Source: Lama guanicoe
Lineage: Eukaryota
Direction of reading: 5' to 3'
Assembly (NCBI GenBank): GCA_013239625.1
Contig: MU054187.1
Coordinates: 6,831,757-6,895,756, forward strand
DNA: 64,000 nt
Shown here: piece by piece, positions 12,496 through 24,090 of the stretch
Numbering within the stretch: position 1 is the first letter of the stretch
Layout: each line of letters starts with the position of its first letter
Translations under genes and position numbers: made by a program
The notes under the pieces: generated by a model
What the model saw: only the letters and a program-made list of their open reading frames with translations
Databases searched by the model: none
What the model was told of the DNA's origin: nothing

Positions 12496-13639
12496 TATTG
12501 TTATTTTATAACAATCTACTTGATTTGATCTGAAAAATGATTCCCTGAATTCCTCCTCTCACTCTGTTCACTCAGTTCCTGCCTTAATTACTTCTTTCTC
12601 TAGTGTACAGGATTTTGTTTTTTTTCTTTTCTTAACTTTTGATTTACTGTTTATGTCAAAATTGGGGTAATTTTAGTGCTTTATTAATGTTTAAATATAT
12701 TAATCCAAAAGGGACATCTTTGATGACATATCTCATGTACTGAGATATTTAAGGCACTTAGTCTTAAATGGAAAATACAAAGGTTTTATTCAGATACCAT
12801 TTTTCAGTCCAAAGTTTCATTGTATTGATTCCTGATAAGACGTTAAAATGTGCCTAAAATTTATTTCAGTGTATTTTGCATCAGAGAAAGTCTCCAAAAA
12901 GCACAGTTTATTAATAAATACAGCATCAGGTCATATCCTCTTGATTATAATTTCACAGTGGCCTCTTCATCTATGTAAGTATCACTAAAACTAGCTAATA
13001 ATATTAAGTAACATTCTCAGTCATCATCCAGAAAATCCCTTCAGAATACAAAATTGGCAAAGGTACTTTTTAGATTCTTAACAGATAATGTCTGCTATTT
13101 CTCTGAGAATTCATTTTAAACACCCTGATATGTAACTATTCTGTTTAGTAAATATTAAGCTCCTATGATGTCGTTCCATTTATGTCTGGCTACTTTCTGT
13201 TGTATAATATTAGGAAAAAGTAATTTTGACAAAAATAAATAAAGTCCTGGAGCTTGACTGCTAAAATTATACTTTTATAGAAAAATACTCATTTAGGAAA
13301 TAGAAGTCCTAGCTTTGGATCCAGTTCTAAATTGGTATCCACACTAGGAGTCAGTGACACTTTAAGAATCATTTACTGTGTAGGAATTGAATCTTGAATA
13401 TAAAATATTAAATTCTACTCATATACAAAGCCTGTCCTTTGATTACAGGGTTCCAACACTTGGAGGAACAGGCTTATTGTTTTTCTTTTTTCAGGCTTAT
13501 TGTTTCTAATATTCTTCTTGCAAAAAGTTTTGCATTCCTTTCTCTCTACTGTGCTGGGAACATTTTGAATCTCAACATCTTTAAAGGCAGACCACGCTTG
13601 CATCCAGGTTTTAGTCATACAATCACATAGGCTTTCAGA

Positions 13640-13790
13640 TTCACTAACACAGTAAATCCAAAAGTTCTAGTAAGTACACCCAGCCCTGGGCCAATTGATC
13701 AGAGACTTGGAGGTCAACTCAGCAGCTTGCTTAATGTATCACATCCTCTCCAGGAGATTCTGATTCTGCTGAAATTTGAGAACCACTGCT
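13640..13790. mobile_element. MER5-type hAT-Charlie fragment
   Basis: CCAGGAGATTCTGATTCTGCTGAAATTTGAGAACCACTG terminal motif. Confidence 0.65.
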
Positions 13791-15710
13791 TAAATTCTAC
13801 CTTGAGCAACTTATAATTTTATTTCCTAGATTAGGAAAAAAATCTTTGGCATCAATTAAATATTGTTTTTTTAAGTTATACGGAACACTTCCTAAGAACT
13901 CACATAACGTACACAGTTCATATATTACAGGCCCATGGAATCTTTAATGAGGGATATCATTCTCTTTTATGTTATATAAATACATGTAATGAAGGTATTT
14001 ACCTATCTGCCATGTCACGTGAACAAATATTTATTGGATACCTTGTATGTGCCCACTTAAGTACTAGGTGCTAAGGGACAGGGTAAGGATAAATATATGC
14101 CTAAGATAGACATCAAAAAGACATTTTATTTCTCATTTGTGGTAATTAAGATAAATCTTCTTTAGTTATGCCAGCAAGCTCCACTGATTGAAGATCTCAC
14201 AATCTTATTGAGGAAATGAGGCTTATAAAGTAAAAACAATTAGTACAAAAAATTTTCTAGTCAGCTGAAATCTTGGATAGTATAAATTATTAATGCTTCA
14301 TTTGTTAAAATAGAGGAATTATTATAAATTAATAGAGTAGGAAAGCTTCATTGCAAACAGCTGAAATGAGCCTTCAATGTGAGCAAAACTATTTGGTAAA
14401 AAGGAGAGGATGGAGGATTTTACTAAGGAAGGGCATGTTAAGTATAATGATGTGAAGGCGGAGATTACCATATGTGCAAGGCAACAAAGTATTTATTTGG
14501 AGTAGCTGAGGAAATAGTTTAATTAAATAAGAGTTAAATTATATTAAATATTAATATAAGTATACTTTGCAATTTAACCTGTATTGACACTGTACAACCC
14601 ATAAATCATGGAGGATTTGAAAATGTGACCTGAAATGAATACACATATGCTAATTTACCTGAGACTGGTGGAGGGCAGTAGAGTCTGGCAAGGAAAATCG
14701 AACAAGATGGGACAGTATAGAGATCATACTGGACAAATGTACTATTTCATCCTTGATTTGTCCATCAAGAGGTCAATTTAAAACATGAGAAACTTTAGGA
14801 AAGAAGAAAACAGTGTGGCAAAATTATACACTGCTAGGATCAGACAAATATATCAGTGTATTATCATCCCTTGTGTTTTTGCCATTTGTCCATCAATGAG
14901 TAGGCTAGCCTCCCCTGCTCAGTTTTCTTCCTCTCTTATCTACCATATTTGACCTTTTGAATGTTATTTTGCAGATTGAAAATTAGAAGGGAGCAGTAGA
15001 GAAAAAGAGATGGGTAAGATCAGACTGAGGAAGACGTTTGGGGGATGGTAGGTATAAGCCATGAGGCTTAAGGGATTTATTTATATGAAGAAAAGGAAAA
15101 AAAGCTAAACATAGCCATGGGCTGTGTACATGTACTATTCACTTCATGGGAAAAATACACAGAATACTTGAGTTATTTTGTAGTTGCTTGTAGTTCTTGG
15201 TCTGTGCATTCTTTGCTCTGAGACTGAGTCACATAACTCATGATGTCAGATTAGTTATAGTGGGCATCAGTTTATAACTGTGATATTTTGTATAAGAAAA
15301 AAATTGCATCTCTTAAGTACATCATGAATTAAATGGCTAATCAATGTCGCTCTTCAGCTTGTTCATACCTCCAGTCTCTGAAGAGAATCCACATTCTCCA
15401 GAACTTCCAAAGAGCCACCCACTGCTTTCCCAATTACTCTACCCTGGAAATGCCTCTACATTGAGAAGAGAGAGGGCTGAGGATCGGCAGAAATGTCCCT
15501 GAAGCATCTGAGACAAGTGTCAAGCAGCCTCTAGATAAAGCCCCATTCCATGACTCATCTCATCCTGACAGGGACTCTGAAATAAGTCACAGTAACTTCA
15601 ATCACCTCTTATATTACTGTTATTTGGTAGGAGGTACAGATATGGTTCTTTGAGAAGAGAAAGTTACTTTTCTTTGTGGAGTCCCCCATAAGCCACTGGT
15701 AGTTTTCTCA

Positions 15711-15880
15711 ACAACAACTAACGTATTGAGCGCTTACTGTGTGCCAGGAACTGTTGTAGGTGTTTTTCAGGTTTTCCGTGCAAAACAATCCCCATGAGAA
15801 AGGTTATTATCATCTAACCCCAGCCGATGAATGGCATAGGCAGGATTTATCAGCAGGCTTGTACTGCAGATACCTTGCTC
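15711..15880 (-). mobile_element. MIR fragment
   Basis: AACGTATTGAGCGCTTACTGTGTGCCAGGAACTGTT..AACAATCCCCATGAG..TATTATCATC. Confidence 0.7.
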
Positions 15881-16087
15881 TAAATATTAAAATAAATATT
15901 AATTGTTGACTGATGCATCTGTAAAGATTCTCACAAAACAGCTGCCAACAAGCCATCTAGAAAAGATGGTTATAATCTTTTACTTGAAAATTTTAAGAAC
16001 AGAAAATATTATCACTTCCCATAAGTATAGCATAGCATCATATTTACAATATGATTACAAATGAAGTATCATTTTATGTATCTAATC

Positions 16088-16278
16088 CAGTGTTTTTCAA
16101 CCAGGTCAGATTTTATTCCCTGGGGATATCTGGCAATGTCTGGAGACTTAATTGGCTGCTTCTGGCATCTAGTGTGTTGGGGCCAGGTTGCTGCTAGACA
16201 TTCTACAAAACACTGGACAGTTCCCCACAACAATTATCCAGATCACAATGTCAGTAGTGCTGAGATTGAGAAACCATG
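16088..16278 (+). mobile_element. MER20 hAT-Charlie DNA transposon
   Basis: Terminal inverted repeats (TIRs) CAGTGTTTTTCAAC and TTGAGAAACCATG. Internal GGCAATGTCTGGAGAC, CTGGCATCTAGTG, GCTGCTAGACATTCTACAA and AATGTCAGTAGTGCTGAG. Confidence 0.9.
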
Positions 16279-16429
16279 ATGTACTGTAAAACTCTTCTTT
16301 TTGCATTATTCTTAAAATGAAATAAGAGAATTAATTTCAGTAAGTACTTACTGACTTCTCTCTTTCATCTGCTACATTTAAACTATCAGATGGCTTCAAA
16401 ACTCTATTTCCAAATTAGATCCTGAATCT

Positions 16430-16943
16430 TGCCAATCATCCCTCTAAACCTACTAGGTCAAGCCATCATCACTTCTGCTTCCACTCTTGCTCCTCCTACA
16501 TTTCATTACCAACAGTGTAATTTTTCTAAAGCTTTACAGGAACATGGCCCTCCTCTGCTCTGTATCCTCCAGTGGCTTTATGATTTAAAATCAAATTCAA
16601 ACTGCAAACCAGGACTTGCAGCATGCCTCAGGATTTGTCTGTCGCCTAAAACCATGATGCCTCGTGGCTTTATTTTTTTAAGACCCCACTCAAATGAAAC
16701 CTTCTTCAAGAAGACCCTACCCCAGACCCATGACGGATCTTCCTCCTAGTGTTCATGACCTTCTGAAATGATCTGTCTTCATGTCTCACTTGCCTGTATG
16801 AATCACAGGAGTGTAAGCCTCAGGAGGAAGGGGCTTGGTCCCACATTGTTATTACGTCTCTCATGTCTAGAACAATGACTGGCAGGTATTAGATGATCAA
16901 TAAATATTTGTTGGATGAGTAAAGGATTGAAAGGATGAATGAA
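16430..16943 (+). mobile_element. L2 3' end
   Basis: GTCAAGCCATCATCACTTC..CCTCCAGTGGCTT..TGTCTAGAACAATGACTGGCA..CAATAAATATTTGTTGGATGAGT..TGAATGAA tail. Confidence 0.8.
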
Positions 16944-17049
16944 ATCTTTATAAAGGCTAGGGATTTGCTTAATGCTGTGGATTCAACAAGGTAAACACAA
17001 TACCTATCCTCCAATCTTAGGATATGATCATTTTCTCCTCAGGGAAATA

Positions 17050-17340
17050 AAGTGTAAAATGACACTCAAAGAGCAGGAATGAGTTATCCAGGTGGAGAGT
17101 GAGAAGAGCTTTCCTCGTAAAGGGACTGCAAACCCCGAGGCTCGGAGTTAAAAGGAAGCTGAGCCTCCGTAGGTGCTGAGAGAGGAGTGGGATGGCTGTT
17201 CTGGAGCAGACTTGGGGCCAGAGGGTGGAAAGGCAGATCTCGAGAGCCGTCTAGACTTTGTGAGTGTGGACTTTATCTTGGGGGACTGGAGGGCTCCGGA
17301 AAGGTTTTAAATCAGCAGGTAATACCATCACATTACGTAG
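17050..17340 (-). mobile_element. L2 fragment
   Basis: Purine-rich GAGTTATCCAGGTGGAGAG..GGACTTTATCTTG..GAAAGGTTTTAAATCAG, typical of antisense L2. Confidence 0.55.
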
Positions 17341-18889
17341 TGGTCAGAGTATGGAACCTGAGTTAATCAAGGCTGCAACTGAGCCACATTTGCATAAACT
17401 GACATCAGAATTTGGCTGAATTGAAGAGTTGGTGGTGAATAGAGAGTTCCTGCTAATGTTTATAATCCAAACTCAGGACTCACACTGGGTGAATGACAAA
17501 ATGGCTCAGTGCCAGTCAGATCCTGGCTCAAATGACAGTTATTCCTGTGATATTTAAATAGTTCACAAATTGCAGAAGACATGGTTTTTGATCAGTGAGA
17601 CTATTTCATTTGTGAACTCTTCCAGAATTTTCCATTTTAAGTAAACTAATTTAATTTTCCTCTTCTATTCATGTGCAGATCTGCTAAATTATGTTTCACA
17701 AAAAATAAGTGGTCAGATTTAATCAGACCATTCATTCACACCAGCCAGGGCTCTCAGTAATTAGTTTTATTTGAGATAATTTTAATTTGTTTTGCATTTA
17801 CATAATGAAATCATTTTATATCATTCCACCAAGGACTCAGGAGGCATATTTTAAAATATCAATATTCAGTATACATTAATTGTTTATTTCATTTGTTCAG
17901 CAATATTTATATAAATTCTACTTTATTGCCAGGTGCTGTGCTGTTGCTGTAGACACATCAAGTAGAAAGACCATCATGATTTTTTGTAAAATACAAAGCT
18001 AAACAGTAATTTAGACGTCTATGAAAAAATAGTCCAGATAATTGAGGGCCCAATGTGAATTTTGGGGTGAATGTCTAATCAGGTATGAACCACTTTCACA
18101 AAAATATTAATACATAATTTTATTCTCATTTTTTAACTTGAAGACCAAAATTTATGAAAAATTACTGGAGTTTTAAAAAGTGGTTTAAACTTAGTGCATG
18201 AGTTCCTGTAGCTGTAATTGCTTTGTAATCAGAAACTGAATCTTACCTTTATAATCTCTGTATCTAGCACACGGTAGACACAAAAATTTTTTGTTGTTGT
18301 TGAATGCAACAGAGTAGGAATAATTATCTCTTTTTTCCTGAAAATCATTTAACTATTAAATCTGACCTTTGGGTAATTTTTATAATTGTCTATAAAATCT
18401 CATATTGAAAACTGATTCCACATTAATTATGTCCTCACTTCAGTTGGCAACACTGGGTACTTACAAAATCAAGCTTAATGCCATTTTCCCCTGGCATCTG
18501 TATCCTTTTCAGTCATTTTTATCACATGGTACCTGTGATTCCCCAAAGGTTAGTTTTGGTAAAAACATGAATGCTTTGTTTGTACATGAATAATTTATAT
18601 TCACATCTTGTTCAAACTATAAAGTTTACTGAAATTTAATGAAATGTGGACACTTTAAGACATATCATTGTTAATATTAAAGTAATATGAAACTAAGAAA
18701 TTTGTTTTACATTAATGAAGTTCTTATGCAAACATTTTCCCATTATCAAATTAATGCAGAGTAGATCCCTGGCCGTGAAACCAGGTCCCACCAGAAGAGG
18801 ATTAGAGAAAGTCATTTAAACAGAGATGTAGACCATTGTCAATTGATGTGTTTTGTTTTGTGCATTATAAATAATCTGAACTCTCTATG

Positions 18890-19100
18890 GTTACTATAAT
18901 AGCAGTTTTGGGGTAATTTATATACATTTCTTCCCACATCCTATAGCAACATCGTAAGGCAAATATTATTAACTACATTTCAAACATTAAGACACAGAAA
19001 ACCAAAATGATTAGGGAATGCTTCTCAAAATCAGAAGCCAGAAATCAGCGGAGATCAGATTAGAACCCAGGTCTGTCTGACTCTTAAGAGTGTGCTCTTT
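18890..19100 (-). mobile_element. MIR fragment
   Basis: CAGATTAGAACCCAGGTCTGTCTGACTC..TGTGCTCTT and upstream TATTATTAACTACATTT. Confidence 0.6.
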
Positions 19101-19321
19101 TTGTTCTCCCCTGACCTTGGGTTTCCTGTGAATCCGAAGCAGCGTACTTGGAGGGGAGCGCCAGTGTGGCAGGCACACTCATGACTGTTTCCCGCAGTTT
19201 CTGTAGTGCCCTGTCCCCAAGCGCCACCTTCCCGAGATGAGTTCAGGGAGGCTGCATCAGTGACCACAGATCATTGCAACACTTGGTCCGGCTCAGCTGT
19301 GGGACGAGGGGGAAGGAAAGT

Positions 19322-19460
19322 ATGTTAGTTCCCCAGTGCTGCCATAGCAAGTGCCTCAAACCGGTTCGTTTAAAACAAGGAAATTGTCTCATGGTTCTGG
19401 AGGCTAGAAGCTGGAGGTCACATTGTCAGCAGGACCGTACTTTCTCTGAACCCCCTTCCT
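19322..19460 (-). mobile_element. MLT1 (MaLR) LTR fragment
   Basis: GCTGCCATAGCAAGTGCC..TTAAAACAAGGAAATT..CTCATGGTTCTGGAGGCTAGAAG..GTCAGCAGG. Confidence 0.75.
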
Positions 19461-19950
19461 GAGAATGCAGGGCTCCATGCACTGTGTGTCCCAGGAATTT
19501 GGTCAGATTCCATGGGAAGTGCATGCATGTCAGGGGGTCTGTCCTCCATGAGCTACACTATGTGGAATCCAGGGGGTCACCCAAGGAGTAGGTTCATGGA
19601 AAAGAATTTCAAAAGAAAATCAGGCAGACGGTCCAACCAATTTATTTGTCAGAGAGAGAGCCAGGCAGACAGGGAAGATCTAGATATGAGGCAGAATCTA
19701 GGGAAAATGGGTGAAAACAAGCATATTATGAGCAGAGGACTTTCAGAGAGCCTGGAGGATGTCCTGACGCTGTGAAATGAGCTTAGCATAGCGGACTCTT
19801 GGGCCTTAGGCAGGAGTGCAGGAGAAGACAGGAAGTAAGTCTGGACCTGGAGTTTCTGTCTTTGGGCAAGAACTGTGTCACCCGCAGCAGCCTTGATTCT
19901 TCCTTCTGTGGCTTATCTGACCTGTGATTAGCCCTTCAAGCATCATATCA
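19461..19950 (-). mobile_element. Possible ERV-class solo LTR, family unassigned
   Basis: It interrupts the MLT1 fragment, has minus-strand AATAAA (TTTATT ~19641), and ends ...TATCA (TG on the minus strand). No confident family match. Confidence 0.35.
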
Positions 19951-20284
19951 CGAAATGAAGTAGAGGAAACAGAGCCAGCTGCACTTTTCTTTGAGTGGCA
20001 TTGACTGACCTGGTACCATCTACTCAACTGTGATCCGACAGGACTTACACCAGTAAAATCTCACAGCATTATTGTGTCTTTGTGAAGCTAGAGAGGGCTC
20101 AGGAAATGTGTGTTCAGTTGGAACAAAAGTAACTTATGTGATTGTTTTCCCCCAGCATTAAAACTCTGATTACAATAATTTAAATAGCTTTTTGTTCTAC
20201 AACAGTGAATTTTAAAATGCTTAAAGTTTCCTGGGCTTCTTTTATGAATTCCAGCAATATTTTCCCGAGGCAAATGGAGAACAA

Positions 20285-20640
20285 GTTCCTTTGTTACAGG
20301 GGCTCAGATGATCTATTGTAATGAATTATACTGAGAAGCACCAGTACATTTCTTAATTTCATGCAATCACATATCCTGCTCTGATGTCGAGATGGTCATA
20401 AGTGAATGCTCATCTCTTATGAATCAGTGACTGCATTTTCCACAGCCTTTCAGAACATCTGCCAGTGCTACCCAAACAAATCCTGACATAATTAGGCCGT
20501 TCTAATGTAAATGTTTAATAGAGGCACGGGATTCACCTCTGATTACATTGCTGCTACCGAGAAATAGGACCTAATTTAACATTAAGCCTATAATTAGCAA
20601 ATAGAGCTCTTTGCTAGGGTAAACTAAATCCCTTGCATTT
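20285..20640. promoter_or_regulatory. Candidate enhancer with clustered homeodomain (TAAT) and SOX/POU-like motifs
   Basis: Repeat-free stretch with CCTTTGTT (20288), CTATTGTAATGAATT (20313), TAATTAG at ~20489 and ~20591, plus CTAATTTAAC and TGATTAC. Confidence 0.35.
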
Positions 20641-21149
20641 TGACAATAACTTGCATTCAAAATTTAAGTTTAAATAACCTAGATAGTCATATCCCTAATT
20701 TGAACACACTAACCCAGTCAATCTCATTTAAGTTGATTTCAAAGGGTAAATTCAAATCACCATTTCCTTGAGTGGATTTTACTTGGAGCTATTATTTTGT
20801 GTGTTTACAAAAATTATTTTTAGTAACATCGTAATCTACTTCTTCCATCACCCTTCTTTTTCTTTTCTTTTTTTTTTTCAGTGCTTGCAGAATGTGTTGG
20901 AACATTTATGCCTTCTGTAGATTGATGTTGAAACACCACAGGTGTAAACAGTACAAAGAGTCTTAATGCACATCTCAGTTTGGTTCTATCTATCAAGAAC
21001 AAAAGATGTTCAGCAGCTCCATCTTTTCTGTTTCAACTAGGGAAGTAGTTGGGGCTAGTGTGAATTCTCAACGTCTCAGGACACTTAGCCCTGTCTGTTG
21101 TTGAACAGGTTTCTGTTGGTGACGGGGGCAGCTGATTGTCGTTATATTT

Positions 21150-21640
21150 AGTGTCAGAGATTAGGATCTGCACAGAGGCTGCTGTTTTGTTGTACAGAGA
21201 TTGGTAATGACAAGATCTTAGATATGGCCATGAGAGTGAGTGTCTGAGAAAAGTGGATGGAGAAAGTCACTGTGAAAAGGAGATCAAGCAACTGAGAGGC
21301 CAGAGCATGGCAAGGATTAGTACACATATAACAAAACTGCCAAGAATTAAAGCAAGAGAAAGTCCCACGTGTCATAAAAGGAGTGATAGGAGCTAGGTCT
21401 AGAATCAATAGAAATGAGTGGAAATAAGAAATGAAACCAAAAATGTTAGTTGTAAGAAGAATTATCTGCTGTGTGAAATTCAGAGCTTGAGGGTCTTTGG
21501 ACAGAAGTGAAGGAGAATAGTTTGAAAAACAACAGTAAGAAGAGCAGGCCAACCACCTGCCTCGCTTTCCAGCACAGCGTCCAAGATGGGAGAAAACACA
21601 GCCACCATTTGGGGGTTGCTATAGGAACTGTGCTTGAAGA
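21150..21640 (-). mobile_element. L2 ORF2 endonuclease-domain remnant
   Basis: Minus-strand translation LASQLLDLL. Nearby CTCATGGCCATATCTAAGATCTTGTCATTACC reads, with a frameshift, like HGH(T/I)LDLVIT, the APE endonuclease motif of L2/CR1. Confidence 0.7.
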
Positions 21641-23099
21641 AGAAAGTCTTCGGATTTCTCTTTCAACATCGCTGGCGCTAAGGAGCACGTTAGAGAATCA
21701 GCACTCTTGCATTGGCGATTGCTCCTCTTTAGTCCGTAGGTTTTGAACTTCCTTTATGAAGGATTTTTTCAGGGTGACATTGGACCCTAATCCATCTGTT
21801 TAAAATAACACACATAAAGCTCTGACTGGTATATTATTACATACCTGAGAAATCAAGGTAATTGCATTGCTAAAATTAAAAATTCACTGTGGTTTTCTTG
21901 TTGCAGAAATTCCATTTTTTTCTTTGATAGGATATATTGCTTAAAATATTATATTTTACACTGGCCTTTTTATTTTTGCTGGTAAAATTCAAATAGAGAG
22001 TAAATTGAGTATTTGGGAATAGAATAAAAATTATGAATTAGGTGGAATATTTTATGTATATTCCACTAATGACCTGTGATTTTTAGTTTTTTTATAATGA
22101 AAGACAGAAGGAACCATTTAGGTTGAATTTTATCCTCAAATACACAGCTTTCAAGATACAGTAGGGTGCAAATTTAATCCAACTTAATTTTATAGATGAT
22201 TTAAAGCATGAATATACCAGTTTCTGATGTTACAAGGCCTCCTGGACTTAAGTGATTTTTAGGTAGTTAAAAGTCAAGATATCAATACAAGAAGAAAATT
22301 TAAGAAATCTGATTCACTAGGTTATTACATTGTAAACTTCAGTATTAAAATATAAATTTTGTGTATTATTAATTTTCTGTAAAGAATTTCAACTTCTAGA
22401 AAATCAGTTTTTAGAAGTTGTTGATACTGTTATGAATCAGTTACTTGATAACTTCAAATCAATATTTAGCTGATCAATTAGGAATGATTAAAAAATCCCC
22501 TTTTCTGTGTTCTTCCTCTTTTGCCTTTATATTGTCAATTCTCTGTACGTTTAAGTAGAGGAAAAGATAGATAAACAACTTACATATCAACTGCCAATAT
22601 TTTCTTTGCATTCCGAACACATCTTTTAATCTATAGAGATACCCTGGTTAATATTTCAAATACTGATGGAATTAATGTTTCATTGGGATCTGTCATCTAA
22701 AATCTTTTATCTTGTTCAAAAGAAAATGTCGTGTGACATATCAAACATTGTTTTTTTGACAGCTCAGTAAAACACTACTTGTCCTGTAAAAATCATTGTC
22801 ATTGATACATTGAGTTTCTTAGTCCAAGAGATCAACATATTTTCAGTGATATCACAGTAATTACAGAGAAGAAATCATCTGAAATCTGACTCCTAATCCA
22901 TGCTTAAAATACATGAGTAAACAGGGTCACCACACAGAAAATTAAAACATAACTGATCAGAAAGTCCTGGAGGCATCTGATCTACCCTGGACAAGGAAAA
23001 AAATACTAGAAGCTAAATCATTTCAAATTTCAAGGAAATGAAATTCTAGTGTTACTATTCAAATTTTTCTTAACAGATCCTTACAGCAACATTTGCTAT

Positions 23100-23520
23100 T
23101 TCATTCCCTGTCTAATCATGAGAAAACATCATACGGATTCCAGTAGGAGGGCATTCTGCGAAATACCTGACCAGTAATCCTCAAAACTGCTCCAAACAAG
23201 GAAAGTCAGAGAAACTGAAAAATTGCAGAATGTGTTAGAACAAGAGGAGCCTGAAAAAACAACTGAATTCAATGTGCTATCCTAGACAAGATCCTGGGAC
23301 AGAAAAAGAACATTGGGTAAAGTCTAAGGACATTTAAATAAACTACGGTCTTTAGTTAGTAGTAGTATATCAATATTAGATCATTAACTGTAATAAGTGT
23401 GTCATAATAATGTAAAATGTTAATAAGAGAAACTGGGTAGAGAGTATATAGAAATTCTCTGTACTAGCTTCTTAATTTTTCTATCTAAAACTGTTGTAAA
23501 AATAAATTCTAATAAAAATT
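23100..23520 (+). mobile_element. L1MC/L1MD-type 3' UTR
   Basis: TCTAATCATGAGAAAACATCA, CCTGACCAGTAATCCTCAAAACTG, GATCCTGGGACAGAAAAAGAACATT, AATTCTCTGTACTA and terminal AATAAA. Confidence 0.85.
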
Positions 23521-23559
23521 AACTAAAATAGATTAACTAAATTAAAAATTCAGTGACCA

Positions 23560-24090
23560 TGCTAGTAACAGATTTGATGTAAATGAAGAGAAAACCAAGA
23601 TAGATCAGAAGATAGGATCCAGAATAAAGGATAAGGAAACAGGGAGATAGGAGGTGGAAAAGAGGTTAAGACACTAACAGAAGAACATGAGACGCTCTAA
23701 GCATGGATTCCTGAAGGAGACAAAAGAATAAATGGGACAGAAGAAATGTTTCAAAAGATACTGACTGATAATGTTTCAGAACAGATGAAAGATCTTAATC
23801 CTCACTTTTGAAGTCCTAATGAGTCCCAAGTTACACAAAAGGAAACACATACCAAGAGTCATCACAGTGAAACTGTAGAAAACCAAATTTTAAAAAAGTT
23901 GAAGCAGAAGCTTTCTGATGGACAAGTGACTTTTCTAAAGCATAAATGACAAGCAGAAGAGAGATGAATATCTGATGTGCTAAAAGAAAATGATTGCTAA
24001 CCTTGAATTTAACGTCCAGAGAAATGACCTCTCAAGCATCAGGTAAAATGAGCACTTTTTCCAGGTTAACGAAACTCAGAAATGTCTGCT
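23560..24090 (+). mobile_element. Old L1 ORF1-region fragment
   Basis: A-rich GGATTCCTGAAGGAGA..AATGGGACAGAAGAAATGTTT..CATCACAGTGAAACTG..GTGCTAAAAGAAAA..AACCTTGAATTT. Confidence 0.7.

Noticed and set aside
19215..19240. Possible CTCF site (GGAAGGTGGCGC on the minus strand)
   Set aside because: Only the 3' half matches the consensus, which is not supportable without PWM or ChIP data.
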